In this document: positions 9,821 to 17,814 of the stretch, piece by piece
Layout: each line of letters starts with the position of its first letter
How positions within the stretch are numbered: position 1 is the stretch's first letter
Source of the DNA: Bacteroidota bacterium
GTDB taxonomy: Bacteria > Bacteroidota > Bacteroidia > JACPRZ01
Assembly (NCBI GenBank): GCA_016193485.1
Contig: JACPRZ010000064.1
Coordinates: 52,357-116,356 of the forward strand
Length of the DNA stretch: 64,000 bases
Reading direction: 5' to 3'
Position numbers and translations under genes: made by a program
The notes under the pieces: model-generated
The model's input: only the letters and a program-made list of their open reading frames with translations
What the model was told of the DNA's origin: nothing
The model's database searches: none

Positions 9821-10578
9821 TGCTCAAAGTAACAAACATATCAAAGTCATTTATTCTAAGCGAAAAAGTATTGGATGACATTTCATTTGACATAAACAAG
9901 GGTGAATTAGTTTCCGTTCTTGGAAGTAACGGTTCTGGAAAATCTACTTTGCTAAAAATTCTTTCTGGCTTTTACAATTCAGATACAGGTTCTTTTAGTT
10001 TAAGCGACAAGGTTCTTACAGGACTTCCGACTTACATAATTTCTCAACAGTTTCATTACTTACATCAATCAAGAGAGGACAACCTTCCACCCTCATTGAC
10101 GCTTTTAGAGGCGACAATGGTCTGCCTTTCCAACGCATCAAGCGACTTTCATTCTTTGTCTGTAAACCAGTGGACAAAAAAAACGATTGATTTGTTCAGT
10201 CCTTTAGATTTGAATCTTGAAAACAAAATTGACCAACAAATAAAGAGTTTTTCTGGTGGAGAATGTCAAGTTGTTTCTTTAGTGCTGATGATTGAAATAA
10301 TTAAACAAAATTCAGCACTGGAAAATATTTTACTACTTGATGAACACACAGCTCACCTTGACAACAATATGGCTGCAAAAGTGATGGACTTGACAATTCA
10401 ACTTGTAAAGGAAAATCAAATCACGACTATTATGGTAACTCACAATATTGAAGCAGCAATAAAATTTTCTGACAGAGTTTTAATACTTAAAAACAAAAAA
10501 GTTTTTCGGGAAATAACCTTTAACTCTACTAGAAGACAAATTACAAAAAGCGAATTAGAAAACTTAGTTCTGAATTGA
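9820..10578 (+). CDS. ABC transporter ATP-binding protein
   Basis: GSNGSGKST, FSGGE, LLLDEHTAHLD, MVTH. ATG at 9820 overlaps the permease stop (TAATG). Confidence 0.9.
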   Translation: MLKVTNISKSFILSEKVLDDISFDINKGELVSVLGSNGSGKSTLLKILSGFYNSDTGSFSLSDKVLTGLPTYIISQQFHYLHQSREDNLPPSLTLLEATMVCLSNASSDFHSLSVNQWTKKTIDLFSPLDLNLENKIDQQIKSFSGGECQVVSLVLMIEIIKQNSALENILLLDEHTAHLDNNMAAKVMDLTIQLVKENQITTIMVTHNIEAAIKFSDRVLILKNKKVFREITFNSTRRQITKSELENLVLN

Positions 10579-10599
10579 ATATGACACACAAGAAAAAAC

Positions 10600-12036
10600 T
10601 TGAAATATGCTGTCATATATCTGAAATCTGAATGGAGCCAGCCCTTATCTGAAGATGTAACAAATAGAGGCAAGATCAAAGGGAATTCTTGTGATACGAT
10701 TTTATCTCTTCCAAAAGGTGTCTCACCAGCAGGGCTTGTTACCATGCCTCCATACGGAGCCACCATTGCTGGTAATGTCCTGCATAAACTAAAACAAGAA
10801 GATTTTATCGGTGTTTTTGATGAATATATGCTTCATGCCGATATTGAGGACATGATTAAGGATATATACATCAGTAATAAGCATGAAAGCCTCACATTAT
10901 TCTTTTCAGTATATGTGTTCAATAATGATAGAACTATAAAAATAATAGAATGGATAAAGATATGTTTTAAGGATATATTAGTCGTAATCGGAGGTCCATT
11001 TGCGGAATACTTTATTTGTAACAAGAATGTTGATTCAGTAATAATTGGAGATGCTGAAACAGGTATTCGAGAATATCTTGAAAAAAAGAGCAAACTAATA
11101 TTTGCTGAGAAAGCTAACCCTAATGAATTTCAGATAGATTTTACGGTGATAAAAAAAGATCGGGAATACGAAGAAGGCGTTATTAACTCCATGAGAGGTT
11201 GTAAATATCGAACAAGCGAAAGTAAGGGTTGTGTCTTTTGTAGCATGAAGGAGTATACATTGAGGTTAAGAGATCCCGAATTGATACTAAAGGAAATGGC
11301 AAGAGAAGCAGAGGATCTGAGTACAGTATGGTTTTTCGATGGGTCGGATAGCTTTGTTGCATCGAAAAAATGGTTAAAAAAATTTTCAACTATTCGGTCG
11401 AAACTAATATCAGATGGTTATGAAATACTTGAGAAACTCAAAATATATGCATATGTAAACCCCAGCGATGTAATAGATAAGGAAGTAACTGATTTGCTTT
11501 ATCATTGTGGCATAAGAAAAGTGTTCCTAGGTATAGAATCCGGGGATTCTACTGTTCTTGTTACTATGAGCAAACCTAAAGCAAGTGTTGAATTTAATCG
11601 CAGGGCATTAAAACTGTTCGAGGGGAGTAATATTGAGTTACGGCTTGGTATTGTCATAGGTATTGGAGAAGATGAAAATACTCTCCTAAATACATATAAT
11701 TTCCTTAAGGATTTAAAGCAACATAAAGAATTAAAGGTTGTTTCGGTTGTCTTGAGTCCTGTTCTTGTGCTACCTGGCTCGAAATTGTATCAAAACTTGA
11801 TATCGAATAAATATAAGATGAAGGGGCAGGATCTTCTAATAATTCAAGAAATTAATGATCAACTTAAGCAGGGAAATGGAATTACCAAAAATTTCATTAA
11901 CATCATTAGTAGAATATATCATGAAACCAATAACAACATCTCATATGAAAAGTTGTTGGTGTGGATAGATAAGATGAATGAGATGCTTATTAAGCAAAAT
12001 ATAGGTATCTGGGTTTTTGATGGATTTAACAAATAG
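10600..12036 (+). CDS. B12-binding-domain radical SAM protein (class B methyltransferase-like) with CX9CX2C motif
   Basis: MPPYG, VIGGP, IIGDAE cobalamin-domain motifs; SMRGCKYRTSESKGCVFC; LGIESGD. Start codon is uncertain (TTG). Confidence 0.8.
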   Translation: MKYAVIYLKSEWSQPLSEDVTNRGKIKGNSCDTILSLPKGVSPAGLVTMPPYGATIAGNVLHKLKQEDFIGVFDEYMLHADIEDMIKDIYISNKHESLTLFFSVYVFNNDRTIKIIEWIKICFKDILVVIGGPFAEYFICNKNVDSVIIGDAETGIREYLEKKSKLIFAEKANPNEFQIDFTVIKKDREYEEGVINSMRGCKYRTSESKGCVFCSMKEYTLRLRDPELILKEMAREAEDLSTVWFFDGSDSFVASKKWLKKFSTIRSKLISDGYEILEKLKIYAYVNPSDVIDKEVTDLLYHCGIRKVFLGIESGDSTVLVTMSKPKASVEFNRRALKLFEGSNIELRLGIVIGIGEDENTLLNTYNFLKDLKQHKELKVVSVVLSPVLVLPGSKLYQNLISNKYKMKGQDLLIIQEINDQLKQGNGITKNFINIISRIYHETNNNISYEKLLVWIDKMNEMLIKQNIGIWVFDGFNK

Positions 12037-12426
12037 ATAGGAGAAATAATTATTCAAAAAAACATCTGGCTTTATTTACTTCCAGAAAAGAATCAATGGA
12101 AATAAGTATGGATTCGTTTGAAAATTTCATGCAGATAGTTATCGGTACAAAAGTAGACAATCCCCCCGCAATCTCCCCGCGGTTCTCCCCAATCCTCCCT
12201 AATCCTCCCGGTTCCGTTCAGGGCGGGATGTGTCCCCCCGAAATTGCTCCGTGGTCATCCCGCTAATGCGCTCTAATTGCCCCGGCTGGGGGAAAGGAAA
12301 TATGTAAATGATGGAACCAGTTAAAACCGGAAGAAATTCCTGCTGAAGAGAAAAGAAAGGATAGTGGATGCCTTATTATTGCCTTGTGGCGCAACCAGTT
12401 TGCTCCTGTTGCTCTCTGATGCGTCT

Positions 12427-12558
12427 TGCCTCCAATGGTGCAATCAAATCCTTAAGGTTGGAGAGTTGTTTCAATTCTTCATATATTTGCCACAAATAAT
12501 CAGAATCAAAATTATCATTTATGCCCTTGGGGTTCAATTTCTGACATCTACGGGCTAC
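12427..12558. repeat. 132-bp att-like direct repeat, copy 1 (minus strand encodes VARRCQKLNP...WQIYEELKQL...APLEA)
   Basis: Gapless alignment to 13322-13453 at about 80% identity by hand count. Confidence 0.85.
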
Positions 12559-12561
12559 GAG

Positions 12562-12600
12562 AACGGAATGGGTTGCAAGTTGCAACCCATTTTCGTTTTT
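12562..12600 (+). terminator. Inverted repeat / intrinsic terminator after repeat copy 1
   Basis: ATGGGTTGCAA-G-TTGCAACCCAT perfect 11-bp arms followed by a T-rich tract. Confidence 0.6.
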
Positions 12601-12776
12601 ATGCCCCTGTAACAGTTCAAACCGCACTCAGATTGTCCAAAACTGTGCCGGCAGTGCCGACACCCCATCAGAAAACGGAAAAAAGAAAAGCAAAAGAAAA
12701 ATCAACGGAGAGATATTGAAGGGGTTGGAGTTTGAATAAAAAGATTTCGTAATCATTGAAAAATAAATAACAGACA

Positions 12777-13394
12777 ATGGCAAAAAAACAAAAACCGGCA
12801 AAAGAAGGATTCAATAAAATTTTGCTTTACAAAACACCGAATGAAAAGGTGAAGGTTGAAATTTATTTGCAGAACGAAACCATCTGGCTTACACAGAAAA
12901 AAATAGCGGATTTGTTTGGAGTGCAAAGACCTGCCGTAACCAAACACCTGAAAAATATTTTTGAAACAGGAGAGTTGGAAGAAGAAGTGGTTAGTTCCAT
13001 TTTGGAACATACCACACAACACGGTGCGATAGAAGGAAAAACGCAGGAAACAAAAGTTAAATATTACAATCTTGACGCAATTATTTCTGTTGGCTATCGT
13101 GTAAACAGCAATCAGGCGACAGCATTTCGTATTTGGGCTACAGAACGGTTAAAGGAATACATCATCAAAGGATTTACAATGGATGATGAACGGCTGAAAA
13201 ATCCAAATAATATTTTCGGTAATGATTATTGTGAAGAACAACTTGCCCGTATACGCGATATACGAAGCAGCGAAAGGCGATTTTATCAAAAGATTACTGA
13301 CATCTATACTCAACTCCAAACTGCCTCTAATGGCGCAACCAACTCCTTCAGGTTGCAAAGTTGTTTCAATTCTTCATACATTTGCCACCGGTAA
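12777..13394 (+). pseudogene. Virulence RhuM-family protein, C-terminally truncated
   Basis: ETIWLTQKKIADLF, YNLDAIISVGYRVNS, FRIWAT..LKEYIIKGF, RIRDIRSSERRFYQKITDIY. Homology stops near 13310, where repeat copy 2 begins. Confidence 0.8.
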
Positions 13395-13453
13395 TCAGAA
13401 TCAATATTATGCTCCGGCTCCTTTGGGTTCAAATTCTGTAATCTATGGGCTGC
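13322..13453. repeat. 132-bp att-like direct repeat, copy 2; right boundary of the island
   Basis: Homologous to 12427-12558; minus strand encodes AAHRLQNLNP...WQMYEELKQL...APLEA. Confidence 0.85.
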
Positions 13454-13454
13454 T

Positions 13455-13486
13455 GAAACCCTGACCATTACTTCAGGGTTTTTTTT
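13455..13486 (+). terminator. Rho-independent terminator
   Basis: AAACCCTGA-loop-TCAGGGTTT followed by a T run. Confidence 0.75.
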
Positions 13487-13501
13487 ACTTCTTATTTTTC
13501 C

Positions 13502-14383
13502 ATGTCATTTAAATCCGGATTTGTCAGTTTGATCGGAAATCCCAATGTGGGAAAGTCAACTCTTTTGAATGCCCTGCTCGGTCAAAAACTATCCATCATT
13601 ACGCCCAAACCGCAAACCACCAGGCACAGGATACATGGTATATTAAACGGGGACAATTATCAAATCGTTTTTTCCGACCTGCCGGGACTGGTAAAACCCG
13701 CGTATAAATTGCAGGAAAAAATGATGAACTTCGTCCGCTCTTCCCTCAATGATTCGGATCTTTTTCTGTTCATGACCGATATTTATGAAACCGGTTTTCA
13801 TGATGAAAAACTGATAGCATCCGTCAGCAGTGCCGGTAAACCGAAAATCCTTGCCCTGAACAAGACCGATACCTGTGATGAGAAAAAAACCGAAGAAAGA
13901 ATTATCCACTGGAAAAATATTTTTCCCGGAGTAATGATTATCCCGGTTTCCGCCAGGACCGGATACAATCTGAATGTACTGGTTGGGGAGATTGTAAAAA
14001 ACATCCCTGAATCACCTGCATATTATCCGGATGATACAGTAACAGACCGCAATGAACGGTTTTTTGTATCTGAGATAATACGCGAAAAAATCCTGTTGCA
14101 ATATCGCCAGGAAATTCCCTATTCGTCCGAAGTTCAGGTGGAGGAGTTTGAAGAAAAGGAAAAAATCACCTTAATTCATGCATCCCTGATCGTTATGCGC
14201 GAAAGCCAGAAGATGATCATACTCGGCAAAAAGGGAGAAGCCATCAGAAAACTTGGAATTACAGCAAGGGAAGAAATTGAAAAATTTTTACGGAAAAAAG
14301 TATTTTTAGACATTCGCGTGGAAGTAAAAAAAGAATGGCGGGAAGACGAAAGATTGCTGAAGAAATTCGGGTATTGCACATAG
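13502..14383 (+). CDS. era: GTPase Era
   Basis: GNPNVGKST, PQTTR, DLPG, NKTD, EIPYS, KH domain. Confidence 0.97.
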   Translation: MSFKSGFVSLIGNPNVGKSTLLNALLGQKLSIITPKPQTTRHRIHGILNGDNYQIVFSDLPGLVKPAYKLQEKMMNFVRSSLNDSDLFLFMTDIYETGFHDEKLIASVSSAGKPKILALNKTDTCDEKKTEERIIHWKNIFPGVMIIPVSARTGYNLNVLVGEIVKNIPESPAYYPDDTVTDRNERFFVSEIIREKILLQYRQEIPYSSEVQVEEFEEKEKITLIHASLIVMRESQKMIILGKKGEAIRKLGITAREEIEKFLRKKVFLDIRVEVKKEWREDERLLKKFGYCT

Positions 14384-14452
14384 CGACAGAAGTTATAATA
14401 GAAGTGATAAAACATTATGTATAGTAATAATCTCCCGGTCACCAAATATTAA

Positions 14453-15760
14453 ATGTCTTTCCTCGTTGCCATAGTAGGCCGCCCGAACGTGGGCAAGTCA
14501 ACCCTTTTCAACCGCATCACACGCAGCCGTGAAGCAATAGTTGATGAAGTGAGCGGAGTCACGCGTGACAACCATTATGGCACCGCAGTGTGGGAGGGAA
14601 AAACCTTTATGGTTGCCGACACCGGGGGATATGTGAATAATTCAGATGATGTTTTTGAAAAAGAGATACAAAAACATGTGGTGATGGCCGTTGATGAAGC
14701 GGACCTTATCCTTTTTATGACGGATGTGACTGCAGGCATAACGCGGCTGGATGATTCGGTTGCAGAACTCCTGCGCAGGTCAGGGAAAAAAATTCTGCCT
14801 GTTGTAAATAAAGTAGACAACAACAAACGGATGGGTGACACATCTGAATTTTACCGGCTGGGACTGGGCGAACTTTTTTGTATTTCCTCCATTAATGGCA
14901 ACGGTGCAGGTGATTTGCTGGACGAAATTGCTCGTCATGTTCCTGAGAAGAAAAAAACCGTAAAAACCGCAATCCCCGGTATTGCCGTTGTCGGCCGGCC
15001 AAATGTCGGTAAATCCTCATTCATCAATCTCCTGCTCGAAGAAGAAAGGTGTATTGTAACTCCGGTTCCCGGCACTACCCGCGCTTCAGTGGACACTCAT
15101 TTTAACAAATTCGGGTTTGATTTCACCCTGATTGATACTGCCGGGCTGAGAAAAAAACAACAGGTTCATGAGAACATTGAATTTTATTCAACGGTCCGCA
15201 CTTTAAGGGCGATTGACAGGAGCGATGTTTGCATATTGCTGCTGGATGCCACCGAGGGATTCACGGGACAGGATACCTATATTTTCCGGAAGATTGAGGA
15301 AGCGATGAAGGGAGTGGTTGTGGCGGTGAACAAATGGGATCTTACCGGAAAAGGCAGCCCAAGCCGGAAGGATTACGAACGCCATCTGCGCGGGAGAATG
15401 AAGCCGTTTGACGATGTACCCTTCTTATTCACTTCGGTAATCCGGAAACAGCGCATCCTCGATACCTTAAAGGCGGCTGCTGATGTTTACGGCAGGTGCG
15501 GACAACAATTTTCAGATGATATCCTCGATGAAACGATCCTTCCTGTTATTAAATCTACACCCCCCCCATCGGTAAAAGGAAAAATGGTAAAGATTTACGG
15601 AATGTACCAGGATAAAAGAAATCCGAAGGTCTTTATTGTTAAAAGCAACGTAGACCGCGACATAAAAGAATCCTATATCCGTTTCCTGGAAAATCAACTC
15701 CGTGAAAATTTCAGTTTTACCGGGGTGCCCCTGAAACTGATGTTCCGTAAAGAGCTCTGA
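14453..15760 (+). CDS. der: Ribosome biogenesis GTPase Der (EngA)
   Basis: Two GRPNVGKS G-domains, DTGG/DTAG, NKVD/NKWD, RFLENQLRENF. Confidence 0.95.
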   Translation: MSFLVAIVGRPNVGKSTLFNRITRSREAIVDEVSGVTRDNHYGTAVWEGKTFMVADTGGYVNNSDDVFEKEIQKHVVMAVDEADLILFMTDVTAGITRLDDSVAELLRRSGKKILPVVNKVDNNKRMGDTSEFYRLGLGELFCISSINGNGAGDLLDEIARHVPEKKKTVKTAIPGIAVVGRPNVGKSSFINLLLEEERCIVTPVPGTTRASVDTHFNKFGFDFTLIDTAGLRKKQQVHENIEFYSTVRTLRAIDRSDVCILLLDATEGFTGQDTYIFRKIEEAMKGVVVAVNKWDLTGKGSPSRKDYERHLRGRMKPFDDVPFLFTSVIRKQRILDTLKAAADVYGRCGQQFSDDILDETILPVIKSTPPPSVKGKMVKIYGMYQDKRNPKVFIVKSNVDRDIKESYIRFLENQLRENFSFTGVPLKLMFRKEL

Positions 15761-16979
15761 TTACTTTATCCAATACTTCGTCCACGCTTATCGTCTTCAT
15801 GCAGACATTATCCTTGCATGGCGAAAAACGGTGATTGAACGGATTTACACAGGGACTGCATGCAAGTTGTTTCCATATTACTTTACTGTTATTTCCTAAG
15901 GGTCCAAAGAGTTCAGGGGTTTCGGGACCAAAAAGGATAATGGATTTTACGGAGGTCATGGATGCGAAATGCCCGGGCCCGCTGTCGTTGGTTACCAACG
16001 CATCGGCAAGAGAATAAAGGACGAGCAATTCATAAAGGGTTGTTTTTCCGGCATAGTTCAGCACATACCCAGCCCTAACGCTGCCTGTTTCCTGCTTTAT
16101 GCGGCTGCATATTTTTTCAGCGGCTTCTTTTTCCGAAGGCGCCCCGGTGATGATCAGCGTGATGTTTTTAAACTGATTCATCAGCCGGACTCCGAGGCCA
16201 ATAAAATTTTCTTCCGGCCATTTCCTTACCGGCAACATATCGCTGGCGTTCGGGTTAAGCAGAATAACCGGTCTGCACACCTCCCCCCCTATTGCAAACG
16301 GCAACTGTCCTGCCATTTTTCTCAGCAGGATATCATCCGGAATAAACCGTGGAATTTCTACAGGAATATTTTCATGCTGAATTTTCATCATCGGTATTTC
16401 TGCTGGATCCCGCAATAAAGCATCAACGAGCAGCCGGAACGCCTTTGCCGTGTGCAGGTACGGATTGTATTGAATGCGGTGCGTCATCAGGTTGCCCCGG
16501 TAAGGGAGTTCGCTGGTGAAGCGGTGCAACCCCACCCGGTTGCGCGCTCCGCTGAGATAGGACAAGATAACCGATGAACGGGAAAAGAACTCCATATCAA
16601 CAGTTGAATCAATGCGGTGTTTGCGGCAGAGGAGAACGAATTTCAGGACATCCCAAATGAAAATGAAAATATTATTCTGGCGGATGACAAAAATATTTTC
16701 CTGTGGGATCAGGTCAAGAATATCGAGGATCGGTTTATTGTTTTTGAAAACGCAGAAAAATGTATTTCCCTTTCCCACAATCCTTACCGCCTCCCTGATC
16801 GTGGAAAATGCCAGGACCGTTGCGCCCTGTTCAATCAATTTAATGAAAACTATTTTCACGGGATTATCTATTTTTCTGCCAAGTGAAGAAATATCCCAAA
16901 AATATTTCCAGGCAGTCAGCAGGCAGCAAAGCGGACGGCCAAGCCATTTATCCAGTATCCGGATTGTATTGGGAGACAT
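15717..16979 (-). CDS. Glycosyltransferase family 9 (heptosyltransferase-like)
   Basis: LNPNAS...RKWP, LVTNDSGPGHFA, LFGPE, CSPC...C motifs. Confidence 0.9.
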   Translation of the reverse strand: MSPNTIRILDKWLGRPLCCLLTAWKYFWDISSLGRKIDNPVKIVFIKLIEQGATVLAFSTIREAVRIVGKGNTFFCVFKNNKPILDILDLIPQENIFVIRQNNIFIFIWDVLKFVLLCRKHRIDSTVDMEFFSRSSVILSYLSGARNRVGLHRFTSELPYRGNLMTHRIQYNPYLHTAKAFRLLVDALLRDPAEIPMMKIQHENIPVEIPRFIPDDILLRKMAGQLPFAIGGEVCRPVILLNPNASDMLPVRKWPEENFIGLGVRLMNQFKNITLIITGAPSEKEAAEKICSRIKQETGSVRAGYVLNYAGKTTLYELLVLYSLADALVTNDSGPGHFASMTSVKSIILFGPETPELFGPLGNNSKVIWKQLACSPCVNPFNHRFSPCKDNVCMKTISVDEVLDKVIRALYGTSVSGAPR

Positions 16980-17013
16980 CGGTGGGTGTTATTAAATCCT
17001 GACGGTATTATTG

Positions 17014-17021
17014 CAAAGATA
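17014..17021 (-). promoter_or_regulatory. -7 promoter element for the GT9 gene
   Basis: Reverse complement is TATCTTTG. Confidence 0.55.
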
Positions 17022-17073
17022 AACTAATGGTTGGGATTTTAGGATTTAGGATTTTCACGCTAATTTCAATTAC

Positions 17074-17566
17074 GGTTACTACTCAGCAGCAAAAAAAATG
17101 TAGCCACTGATTACACGGATTATTTTTTTTACACTATTAATCTTTTCCATTCTAAAGAATCCTTACCGAAATTTACGATTAGTCCAACTTTTAATTTAGA
17201 AGCAGCAAGATAATTTAAGGTTCGTGCGACAAATTTATCTACTATACCATTGCAACTCTTAACCTCAAGTATAATTTTGTTAAATAAAGTGAAATCAGCA
17301 TAAAACTTATGCGAAAGAATAATATGTTTGTAATGAATGGTGAATTCTTTTTCACGCTCATATTCATATTTTCTGCTATTGCATTCATATTCAATAGCAT
17401 CCTTATAAACAATTTCAAGAAATCCCTTTCCCAGTATTCTATGCACTTCCATGCAAATACCAATTATTTTGTGCGTTTCTACTTTGAATAACAATTCAGG
17501 CATATATCTATTTTGTTTGTAATCCGTGTAATCTGTGGCTAAAAACAAGGGTGCTGTGCAGTAACC
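17074..17566. mobile_element. 493-bp TIR element carrying a GxxExxY gene, with 6-bp TSD AATTAC
   Basis: GGTTACTACTCAGCA...TGCTGTGCAGTAACC TIRs (13/15); AATTAC at 17068-17073 and 17567-17572; inner 22-bp IR at 17101-17122 and 17520-17541. Confidence 0.8.
17129..17503 (-). CDS. GxxExxY protein (PD-(D/E)XK nuclease superfamily)
   Basis: EVHRILGKGFLEIVY, FYADF..KIILEVKS, LNYL..GLIVNFG. Confidence 0.92.
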   Translation of the reverse strand: MPELLFKVETHKIIGICMEVHRILGKGFLEIVYKDAIEYECNSRKYEYEREKEFTIHYKHIILSHKFYADFTLFNKIILEVKSCNGIVDKFVARTLNYLAASKLKVGLIVNFGKDSLEWKRLIV

Positions 17567-17575
17567 AATTACGAT

Positions 17576-17773
17576 GTGTTCGGAGACCTCGGCAAGATCA
17601 ATTCGCAGCTTCTTAAAGATGGATTGACACGGTTTACCATTGGCGAATTCAAAACCCTCAACGAAGCGGAAAACCTGAAACGTAAAGCGCGCCAGAGGGG
17701 GAAAAAGGATTCTTTTATTACATTCTTATTGCAGGGGGGAGAGGAAATTGCTGTCGGAAGCGATTGGCGCTAA
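17576..17773 (+). pseudogene. SPOR-like domain fragment
   Basis: DGLTRFTIGEFKTLNEAENLK...GKKDSFI resembles the C-terminal part of a SPOR domain; no good start. Confidence 0.45.
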
Positions 17774-17799
17774 GTTCAGGCAGTAACAGCGTTTAACCG

Positions 17800-17807
17800 T
17801 ACCTTTG
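17800..17807 (+). promoter_or_regulatory. -7 promoter element for the TPR kinase operon
   Basis: TACCTTTG just upstream of the ATG at 17815. Confidence 0.5.
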
Positions 17808-17814
17808 TTCAATT

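Larger units (their letters stand above)
1..13453. mobile_element. Right part of an integrated defence/genomic island
   Basis: Visibly AT-richer than downstream DNA; defence genes, rhuM, att-like repeats; abrupt switch to core era/der. Confidence 0.7.

Noticed and set aside
12530-12558. Possible tRNA gene
   Set aside because: Only a short 3'-end-like motif is present; I could not fold a cloverleaf, so it is treated as an att remnant.
12376-12627. 83-aa minus-strand ORF as an independent gene
   Set aside because: It spans the att-like junction and terminator hairpin and is better explained as a split recombinase-tail remnant.
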